Shown here one piece after another: positions 48,439-56,221 of a stretch of 64,000 nucleotides of DNA. Under the pieces are notes generated by a model that was not told the origin of the DNA, did not search any database, and saw nothing but the letters and a program-made list of their open reading frames with translations. This DNA comes from Candidatus Thorarchaeota archaeon. GTDB lineage: Archaea > Asgardarchaeota > Thorarchaeia > Thorarchaeales > Thorarchaeaceae. Location: assembly GCA_048882485.1 (NCBI GenBank), contig JBHLRP010000010.1, forward strand, positions 1 to 64,000. The letters run 5' to 3'. A program made the position numbers and the translations under genes. The stretch's first letter is position 1. Each line of letters opens with the position of its first letter.

Positions 48439-49260
48439 ATGAACTATCCGCGTTTGACAAAGGCTAAGTGCTGCGGGAGAAGCCAATCTAGTATGTGTTT
48501 GCCAGGTATCACGGGCGAGCAGATGATTGCGGTTGATCACATTATGGTCAATGAACTGAAGGTTCCTATTGAGCTAATGATGGAGCAAGCCGGGCTTTGC
48601 TTAGCTAGACTTGCTGTAGCTTATTCGAGCCACAATGCTCCACGATATCATGTTGTAGTTGGTCCTGGTAACAACGGTGGTGGCGGACTAGTCGCTGCAA
48701 GGCGTCTAATCAACTGGAATCATGATGTGACAATCATTATTCCAACGGGGTATAACAGTCTTCGTGCGGTTCCTATGACTCAGCTAGAGCGGCTCCAGAG
48801 AATGGGAGTATCTCCTGAGGAAGATATGCCAAATGACCTTCCAGAAGATACGACAGTGCTTGATGCATACATAGGCTATGGCTATCAGAAGAGAAACGAT
48901 GCAGTAACAGCACAGGTGTTCGCCTCACTGATAGGCCATAACCGAATCATATCGCTTGATTCCCCATCCGGATTGGATGTAACAACCGGAGTGAATGACA
49001 GTGGAATTAAGCCAATCTCTACACTCACGATTGCATTCGTTAAGACGGGACTGCTCTTAGCCCCATCACGGGATATTGGCCAGCTGTATGTTTGTGATGT
49101 CGGTGTTCCCACAGAAATATACCTCAATCGTTTGGGAATCGATTGGTCATATCCGTATGATGCGAGTGCTATTGACAGACTAAATGATGCGTTTGCCATT
49201 GATCCCTTGACCAAAGCTCATGTGTCTTCATCAAATAGCCATCATTGGTGGAATGTGTGA
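48439..49260 (+). CDS. nnrE: NAD(P)H-hydrate epimerase (YjeF N-terminal domain)
   Basis: LMMEQAG, GPGNNGGGGLVAARRL and SLDSPSG motifs. The true start is probably 48493. Confidence 0.85.
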   Translation: MNYPRLTKAKCCGRSQSSMCLPGITGEQMIAVDHIMVNELKVPIELMMEQAGLCLARLAVAYSSHNAPRYHVVVGPGNNGGGGLVAARRLINWNHDVTIIIPTGYNSLRAVPMTQLERLQRMGVSPEEDMPNDLPEDTTVLDAYIGYGYQKRNDAVTAQVFASLIGHNRIISLDSPSGLDVTTGVNDSGIKPISTLTIAFVKTGLLLAPSRDIGQLYVCDVGVPTEIYLNRLGIDWSYPYDASAIDRLNDAFAIDPLTKAHVSSSNSHHWWNV

Positions 49261-49265
49261 TTCTC

Positions 49266-49937
49266 CTACCCCTCATAATCACAGGATGACGTCGCTATCA
49301 TATCCTCATAGATGGATAAGTCCTGCAAAAACGAATTCAGCAAGAACACTGGGACAATAGGAACGCCCTCATGGAAAACAACCTCTTCCACCATCCAAGT
49401 CACCAAAACTGGTTTCAATATGTATTGTCCAGTGGTCAGCCCATTCAGTCCTTTTGCCAAACGCGAGATCATCCCACAGAGTCTTTTCGTTCTCTCCTTC
49501 TGTTTTTCTGCTGCGGTTTTCAAAGCTGATGACTTTCCAGTTCTGATGCCCCACATCTTTGCATCAATAGAAACTATGCTATTACCCCGAACGCCAATCA
49601 CATCAATTTCCATTCCCCGAGTTTCAGCTGCGCCACGTTTCCTGAAACTCTCAACACATCGAAAGTTGTTCTCCACCAATATGCTTGCGACGAATCCCTC
49701 GAAGTCCTTCCATGTTAATAGGTCGACTACATCCTCAACTTCCGCTCCAATGGAAACCGCGCGAAGTGCCAAATCAATACGAAGTGCTCTCTCGATTTCC
49801 CAGGCGCCGGAGTCCAATCTTCGAGCTCTAATTGCTTTCAGAACGCCATCAAGAGTACTCTCGGCGTCTTTGATGCAATTGTCTTCCTTGGACTCCTTCA
49901 GAATCCTCAATATATCTCCGAGAAGCATCTCCCTCAT
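49266..49937 (-). CDS. PD-(D/E)xK restriction-endonuclease-like protein (Mrr/NERD-like)
   Basis: WKDFEGFVA...EIDVIG...IDAKMW motif. Confidence 0.7.
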   Translation of the reverse strand: MREMLLGDILRILKESKEDNCIKDAESTLDGVLKAIRARRLDSGAWEIERALRIDLALRAVSIGAEVEDVVDLLTWKDFEGFVASILVENNFRCVESFRKRGAAETRGMEIDVIGVRGNSIVSIDAKMWGIRTGKSSALKTAAEKQKERTKRLCGMISRLAKGLNGLTTGQYILKPVLVTWMVEEVVFHEGVPIVPVFLLNSFLQDLSIYEDMIATSSCDYEG

Positions 49938-49994
49938 GATATATCCTAGTAGCTCGCGCTAGTTTATAACCTCCATTGATGACAGACTTTCGGG

Positions 49995-50495
49995 ATGAAC
50001 ATGTCTGAAACGACAGAAGGTTGGCACAGAGTTCTAGGTGCTTTCGATAATTGGATTTATTACGAGAGTTCTGAATTCGGTCCTTGGACAGGGTATTTTT
50101 CGCTTGAGAACCTGAGGGGACTTACATCGGAAGAACGTCTTGGTTGGATGAATTCGATGTACGACGAGATTATTCCTGGCAGAGTTGATAAGGCGAAAGA
50201 AACAGCTGTGGCTTTAGAAGACTTCATGCCCTATATGCCCGATCCTGATGCTCGTGAGATTGTTCAATCAATGATTGACCTGAGTGATGTGATTCAAGGG
50301 GCAATGCTTCGTATGAGCGATGTTATTCACACCATGATGGATGAATACAAGACAAGTGCACTGGAGGAGGTTGTCCCCTATTTGACCTCCCTTGCTGAGA
50401 TTGAGGAGGACATTCGACATCATATGAGTCTGTATAGTCAAGGATTTGCCAAATTGGGTTCACTTGGACTCGAGATACCTGATGAAATGTCGTGA
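49995..50495 (+). CDS. Hypothetical acidic helical protein
   Basis: 166-aa ORF with no competing frame. Confidence 0.6.
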   Translation: MNMSETTEGWHRVLGAFDNWIYYESSEFGPWTGYFSLENLRGLTSEERLGWMNSMYDEIIPGRVDKAKETAVALEDFMPYMPDPDAREIVQSMIDLSDVIQGAMLRMSDVIHTMMDEYKTSALEEVVPYLTSLAEIEEDIRHHMSLYSQGFAKLGSLGLEIPDEMS

Positions 50496-50645
50496 CCTTC
50501 ACTTTATTACTCAAAATCGCGTTACTGCAAACGCTTAAGTGCAATTGACTTGAGGCTGATTTTGACCCCCAAAACGAGGTGAAAAGCGAAATGGGTGTAG
50601 AAACGACAACCGCCGCCCATCGATGTCGGGTCGTACAGACTAGAG

Positions 50646-51038
50646 GTGAGTGCCAAATTCGCCAAAGAGGTGAATGTATTCTCTAGTGCCAACCAGGTAT
50701 TCCAAGAGACTCACGAACCTTTCGTCAAGCCTTCTTTTGAGAGCCTCGCTGCATCATTCTTGTCTCTAGCAGATATGAGAATGAGTGAGACTCAGAAATA
50801 CGTTCTGAGAGTGAGTGCCCAGCTGTTAAGGCATAATGATCTGACAGTGACGGCATTAGCAGACCAGGTATCACGCAGGGCTTCAGTTGCCTATAGCACT
50901 GTGAAATGGAATCTGCGATCCTTAATGGACTTGGGTTTGCTATCTGGCGGTGATATGGAAAACAGAGGACAGCTGGCAAAGCTTACAGCAACTGCTGTAA
51001 TGTTGGCTAACTTCCTCGAAGAACAGTATTACAAGTGA
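50646..51038 (+). CDS. Winged-helix DNA-binding protein
   Basis: TVTALADQVS...AYSTVKWNLRSLMDLGLL...AKLT motif. Confidence 0.7.
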   Translation: MSAKFAKEVNVFSSANQVFQETHEPFVKPSFESLAASFLSLADMRMSETQKYVLRVSAQLLRHNDLTVTALADQVSRRASVAYSTVKWNLRSLMDLGLLSGGDMENRGQLAKLTATAVMLANFLEEQYYK

Positions 51039-51087
51039 GAGGCGGGATCACCTTCGAGAGTAATCCCCTCTCATTCTCTTTTTTTCC
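51034..51087. terminator. Stem-loop plus T-tract between convergent genes
   Basis: tgagagg-c-gggat...atccc-ctctca inverted repeat followed by ttctcttttttt. Confidence 0.55.
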
Positions 51088-51106
51088 ACTGCTTGCCGCG
51101 GGTTGC

Positions 51107-51158
51107 AACCCGGCCTCCATCGACACCGCATTACTTTAGGTGTAGATATCATCGGATT
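51107..51158 (-). promoter_or_regulatory. Eukaryote-type SECIS element overlapping the stop codon
   Basis: mRNA reads AAUCCG AUGA UAUCUACACCU AAA GUAAUGC GGUGUCGAUG GA GGC CGGGUU. Helix I is AAUCCG/CGGGUU, the core is AUGA/GA, helix II is UAUCUACACC/GGUGUCGAUG, and the apical AAA lies 11 nt after AUGA. Confidence 0.85.
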
Positions 51159-51952
51159 TTCTTGTTGAAGAAGCCCCATGCCATATTGATGAGGCTTCGA
51201 ACCTCGTCAAGACCGTGCGCGGAGGCGAGGACAAGATCAACCGAACTGCTATCACCCGGCTTCAAATCACCTAGGTTGCACTGCAGACCGGTGGCAATGT
51301 CCTTCGGTCCCGCTTCGGGATTGTTCTTTAGGTCGCGCTTTTCTGATTCTACCTTGAGCTTCAGTGGAGATGATATCTCCCAGCCATCAGGACTCGGCTG
51401 TGAGGAAATGGCTACAGAAACCTGGCTTTCATCATAGGCAATGACGATTCCGTTCTTTTCGTCATAGGTGCCCATGTCGTCTTTGTAGCTCATTGGACCT
51501 CCTATATCGAAGTCGAAGATGCTGTAGACCTTGAGGTCTTGGACCATGCTGGAACTGACGTTCGTTGTCGTATGCCGGAGTAGCAAGACAGGTTTGTTGT
51601 AGCTCCACAAATCAAGTGTGAAGTTGACCACAGGTTCCTCGAATTCTTGAGGTGCGTGGCTCATCACTAGTCTTAGGCTACCTTTCTTCTGCTTTCGCTC
51701 CACGACAGCGATGGTGTCAGCTTCCGTCGACTCGACGACAGCTACAGTCCCATCTGCGACATAAGACGCCCAGATACCGCCTTTATAGTCAGCAGGATTC
51801 TTGAGCAGTAGTCGTTCCTTTCCGGTGGGATCTATCAGTCCGAGGCGTCTGATGTAGAAACCGATGCGACCTACGCCTCATGACGCACATTCAACAGCAT
51901 AACTGATGTCGAGCCTTGGACGTCGGTTACCGGTTTCAAAGATCTCGGACAT
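51149..51952 (-). CDS. Putative novel selenoprotein (267 aa, CxxU with Sec25) with a beta-supersandwich-like C-terminal domain
   Basis: ATG at 51952 gives MSEIFETGNRRPRLDISYAVECAS-TGA(51880-51878)-GVGRIGFYIRRL..., continuous with the 184-aa ORF 51149..51703. A SECIS lies at the 3' end. Confidence 0.85.
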
Positions 51953-52045
51953 GACCGACCACGTTCCTATGCTGATTTCTCCGAGTTTCCTAGAGTTAAA
52001 AGCTCTACCATACATAAGCCGCACAACTACGCCTGGGTCACAAAG

Positions 52046-53329
52046 TTGATAAAGTGCACTCGGGAAACCCTTTCGAATCTCAGGTGGATTTCAATGACGA
52101 CCCTCACAATCGATCAGCTTCAGAAATGGTATCGAAAGCGTCTAAGCAATATGTCCAAGGATTTCACGAAAAAGGCAGAAAAGAGCTACAGGATTGTAGA
52201 GCGGTCTTTGAAAGATATTCAGGATATATCTCGAAATCTGAAGGAACCAGGTGAAGATGATGACCCTGATTCCACAGGGATTGCTACGAGATTCGCAATG
52301 AAGATTGAAGACATTACAAATGATTTCTATGTTGGTAAGGACATAACATATGAAAGCACCGAGTCACTTCAAGAAGGGATTCGAAGCTTCATCCAAGAAC
52401 TCTGGGGTGCCGGCGCTCGTTGGATTAGACGGATGGACAAGAAGCACAAGAGTACTATCAAGCAGCTAGATGTCAGCATGAAAGAACTTATGTCCGAGAT
52501 GAACAAGATACAGAAGCTCCTTTACGAATTCAGCTGGCTGAAGGATTTAGAGCGTATAGGTGGTAGAATCCAGACTCTGCAAGATCTTGGCTTTAGTAAA
52601 GAGGTATACGAAGAGCAAATTCGTACAACTCGAGCAAAGATCGAAACAGCAATGACAGAATATGACTCAGCAAAGAAAGCCTATGAGGAATTCACTGAAA
52701 CTTCAAATGTAGCTGATTTGCTGAACATCGACTCTGAAGCAGACCATATTGCGAGTCTATTGAGAATGAAACTGAATCCCCTCAAGAAGCAGGTGAAGAA
52801 GTTCTTTCAACATGATACTGGAGTAAGAGTAGGTTCGACAGGGCAGAAGGCATTGAACGACTACTTCGAGAACCCCTATGATGCCATCGTGGAAGAGCCA
52901 ATCGGCTATCCTGGATTATTGGAGGGATTAGCCGGTTTGAGAGAGGCAATTGAGAAAGGCAAGCTTCCTATGAAGGACCGGCTGGCAAGAAGGGCTATTG
53001 AGGAGGTCCAAGCCATCAGTAGTGGATCTCTGAGTGAGCTTCAGGAGAAAGCAAAGGAACTGGAAGAGAAACGTCATGCTTTTGCTGATTCTGATGTATA
53101 CACGAAGAGTGCAAAACTGCAAGAGGAATTGAATGAAGCTGAGAGGAACTTGGAGTATCATCGAAGTGACATGCTAAGGATTAGAGATGATATCAATCGT
53201 GAGATTGATCGTGCAAAGGACTTCAAGGTGAGGATTGAATCCGAGATTCTAGAGTCCTTTGAGGAAAAGGTAAAGCTTCAGATAGAGATTTCTCTTGAGC
53301 CCCTTCTCGAGAAGACCAAAACTGCATAG
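52046..53329 (+). CDS. Coiled-coil protein of unknown function
   Basis: Long charged helical sequence. The start is probably ATG at 52094. Confidence 0.7.
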   Translation: MIKCTRETLSNLRWISMTTLTIDQLQKWYRKRLSNMSKDFTKKAEKSYRIVERSLKDIQDISRNLKEPGEDDDPDSTGIATRFAMKIEDITNDFYVGKDITYESTESLQEGIRSFIQELWGAGARWIRRMDKKHKSTIKQLDVSMKELMSEMNKIQKLLYEFSWLKDLERIGGRIQTLQDLGFSKEVYEEQIRTTRAKIETAMTEYDSAKKAYEEFTETSNVADLLNIDSEADHIASLLRMKLNPLKKQVKKFFQHDTGVRVGSTGQKALNDYFENPYDAIVEEPIGYPGLLEGLAGLREAIEKGKLPMKDRLARRAIEEVQAISSGSLSELQEKAKELEEKRHAFADSDVYTKSAKLQEELNEAERNLEYHRSDMLRIRDDINREIDRAKDFKVRIESEILESFEEKVKLQIEISLEPLLEKTKTA

Positions 53330-53341
53330 ACTCTTGGTGAT

Positions 53342-54169
53342 TTGATGAGAGTCCTGGTGACTTCCACTGAAGATACAGCAAGCCAGACGATTGCTAAAGC
53401 CCTCCGCGATGAGTATGAATTCGAAAGGACGGATGAACTGTTCGAGGGTAATCCGGTCTACAAGCTGGATGAATCTGCGCTACTCATCACAATAAACCAA
53501 GACATGATTCATTCAGGCTACCTAGAGGAGCATTTTCAAGCTGAGGTGTTCATCTATTGCTCTCGCCATCGAGCTGCATCAGGGAAACCTGCTCTTCTCG
53601 TTCATAGTACAGGGAATTTCGGTCCTCAAGCGGACTTTGGAGGAAGACCCAGGCAGCTATCAGTTTCAGCTCCATCCCTTGTTTCGATTGCCCTCAAGAG
53701 TCTCAACCAACAAAAGATCGAACGGAATCTGAGTGAGTTTGATGTAACATTGGAAGTCACACATCATGGTCCCACATCACTGAATACTCCTCTTCTTTTT
53801 GTGGAGCTTGGCAGCGATGAGAAGTATTGGAGCCATGAGGAAGGAGCACAGGCAGTTGCCGCATCAGTGATGAATTGTGTCAAAGAACCAATGACTGGTG
53901 ATGCCTCAATTGGATTCGGCGGGACTCATTATGCCAGCAAATTCAACAAACTTGTGCTTGAGAAAGATGTCACGATTGGACATATGGCTCCAAAATACGC
54001 ATTGAACGAGATTACGGAGGGTGTTGTTTCTCAGATGTTGAAACGGAGTGCTCAAGGAATAACACAAGCAATCATTGACTGGAAAGGAACTAATGCTGAG
54101 AACAAGGCTGTGCTATTTCCGATTCTGGAGGACCTCGGCATTCCTGTCGTACGAGCCAGTAAACTATAG
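53342..54169 (+). CDS. dtdA: Archaeal D-aminoacyl-tRNA deacylase
   Basis: SRH, LVHSTGNF, EVTHHGP, FVELGS and GFGGTHYA motifs. Confidence 0.9.
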   Translation: MMRVLVTSTEDTASQTIAKALRDEYEFERTDELFEGNPVYKLDESALLITINQDMIHSGYLEEHFQAEVFIYCSRHRAASGKPALLVHSTGNFGPQADFGGRPRQLSVSAPSLVSIALKSLNQQKIERNLSEFDVTLEVTHHGPTSLNTPLLFVELGSDEKYWSHEEGAQAVAASVMNCVKEPMTGDASIGFGGTHYASKFNKLVLEKDVTIGHMAPKYALNEITEGVVSQMLKRSAQGITQAIIDWKGTNAENKAVLFPILEDLGIPVVRASKL

Positions 54170-54263
54170 TCGACTGTTATTACACAGTCTCAAATGCAGT
54201 ACGAAAATCTAAATATGCAGGGGCTATCCTCCACACAGCGGCCACACAGGTTGGGGTGCTTTC

Positions 54264-55184
54264 ATGCCTGGCGACAAATCCGAAGCAGCTCTTGAATCCA
54301 TTGAAGAGAAAATTGACAAGGTCACAGATGAGCTCGCTTCCGTCAAGAAGGAATTGGCGGAATTATCTTCAGTGAAAGGTATCGAAAAGAAGATTGAAAC
54401 AATGTCCTCCGACTTAGTTGAAGTCCGTGACTCGAAGGAGATGGAAGTTCTCTTCAAGAAGATGGATGACATCCTCGTTGGACTATCGGATCTTAGTACT
54501 GAAGTGAGCAATTCCAGCACAGCAGACGATGTTGGAAAGAAGATTGAAGAATTGGTTGGTTCTCTTGATGGTGAAGCTATCACTAAGAAGATTGATGACC
54601 TGCAGCAATACGTTGCTGGCCTTTCTGGCCTCGAGGAAACAGTTCAAGAAGTGTCGGGATCCCTCACAGAAACGAAAGAAATAGTTGGAATAATTGTCCG
54701 TCAGCTTGATGACATAGAGCGCAAGTACAACCTAGCTATTGATAAAATTGAAGAAGCACTGGAAACACTAACTAGTCTTCCTGCACCTGAATCGGCTGAA
54801 TCCGCTGAGAAACCAGCGAAGAAGCCAGCCAAGAAGACGGTCAAGGAGAAAGCAGAGGAGGAAAAAGAAGAAAAGGAGGAAAAGGAGCCTCCCCCGAAGA
54901 AGGTCAGCATGTCTACTATTGAAGAGATTATGAAGGGGCTTCTGAAAGAAGTGACTCCTCAGACAGAGGCTCGCGAAATGGCTCGCGTTTTGGAAGAAAC
55001 TCGTGATAAGCTGACCACAATGATCTCTGGACATACCCCTGTTCTCTTCCAGTTTGGCAAGAAGGCAAGAGAACTCAAGTCATATCCACCTACTGCGACT
55101 CTCAATGAGAATGACATAGCAAATCTGAACACAGAGATTCGCAATTGGGCCACCAAGCTTAAAGAGATGGCGAAGACAAGTTAA
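54264..55184 (+). CDS. Coiled-coil protein with E/K-rich linker and C-terminal helical domain
   Basis: Heptad repeats (IEEKIDKVTDELASVKKEL) and a low-complexity EEKEEKE linker. Confidence 0.7.
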   Translation: MPGDKSEAALESIEEKIDKVTDELASVKKELAELSSVKGIEKKIETMSSDLVEVRDSKEMEVLFKKMDDILVGLSDLSTEVSNSSTADDVGKKIEELVGSLDGEAITKKIDDLQQYVAGLSGLEETVQEVSGSLTETKEIVGIIVRQLDDIERKYNLAIDKIEEALETLTSLPAPESAESAEKPAKKPAKKTVKEKAEEEKEEKEEKEPPPKKVSMSTIEEIMKGLLKEVTPQTEAREMARVLEETRDKLTTMISGHTPVLFQFGKKARELKSYPPTATLNENDIANLNTEIRNWATKLKEMAKTS

Positions 55185-55360
55185 GCTTCTCTCTATTATC
55201 TGAAATGCTACTCAGATGTCGATTGAAAGGCATGTCACCTGCCATAAACTTATCAAACTGAAATGCGCATTCGCATTTGGAGCCTTATGTGCTGCACATG
55301 AACTGGTCGAGGTCATGCAGACTGCCTCAGGTCACTCAAAAGTCTGAACCATAATCAGAG

Positions 55361-56188
55361 TTGAATCGATTAATGAAGCTAAAGAAGCATGCTAATGAAC
55401 TTGCGACGCGAATGGAGCTTTTAGACCTCCCTGCAGATAGTCAACTGGCCAGGGAGTTCATAGAGCTTTATGAGGAGCGATGCCGCGAATGTCAGGAGGA
55501 TCGCCTCGGTTGCACCGTAAGACCAGCCTGCAACAACCGCAATTTTCTCAACATGCTGATAGAGATAGGTGTTGAGCCCGAGGACCTACCGAGCTTCTGC
55601 TACAGTCAATACTTGGAGCAGCTAAAGCGTTTCATTCTTGAGAGAAAAGGAAGAGGCATGATAGATAGGCGTCTACAGACGAAAGACTTTCTTTCGACCC
55701 TGAGAGTCAGTTCAATCAAGCATTTTGTTTCTCGATTCAAGAAAATCTGGAAAACCACCTCCGATGTCCAAGAGGATAATATCATGCTTGTTGCAGGAGA
55801 TGATTTGATTTTCCATTTTGATTTTGCAAGGGGCATTGTCATTGTGAATCCTAGTCATCATGAGGTTAATTCCTTCCAAGTCTTCAGGATGTACGTGGAG
55901 CTATTGTCAAAGCATTATGGCATTAATGCATCTGTATCAGATTTGGCAATCAACTGGTGGCTTCTAACTATCGAACTTGATGGTGTGAAGCCCCCGAAAG
56001 AAGGGTCTCTGCTAGAGGAGAATACCCTCCAAAAATACGAAGATCTGCATATTGACATGGCTAACGGTTCTGGGCACATTGAGGCTGAGGTTATTTCGAA
56101 TGGAGACAAATCTCCATTTGAGGTACAGGATTTGGTTTCTCTATTTGAAAGAGTTGCCAAATCCAAACGACGTAAGAAGTCGGAGTAG
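55361..56188 (+). CDS. Hypothetical protein with N-terminal Cys cluster
   Basis: CRECQEDRLGCTVRPAC...FCY motif. Confidence 0.65.
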   Translation: MNRLMKLKKHANELATRMELLDLPADSQLAREFIELYEERCRECQEDRLGCTVRPACNNRNFLNMLIEIGVEPEDLPSFCYSQYLEQLKRFILERKGRGMIDRRLQTKDFLSTLRVSSIKHFVSRFKKIWKTTSDVQEDNIMLVAGDDLIFHFDFARGIVIVNPSHHEVNSFQVFRMYVELLSKHYGINASVSDLAINWWLLTIELDGVKPPKEGSLLEENTLQKYEDLHIDMANGSGHIEAEVISNGDKSPFEVQDLVSLFERVAKSKRRKKSE

Positions 56189-56221
56189 TCCAGACCTGGG
56201 CTGCTTCTTGAATCACTAGCG

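Noticed and set aside
49266-49937. Cognate restriction enzyme for the orphan methyltransferases
   Set aside because: It is more than 10 kb from any MTase and resembles stand-alone archaeal PD-(D/E)xK proteins.
51878-51880. Reading the in-frame TGA as a pseudogene-causing nonsense mutation
   Set aside because: The CxxU context, an otherwise intact frame and a consensus SECIS at the 3' end are together much better explained by Sec recoding.
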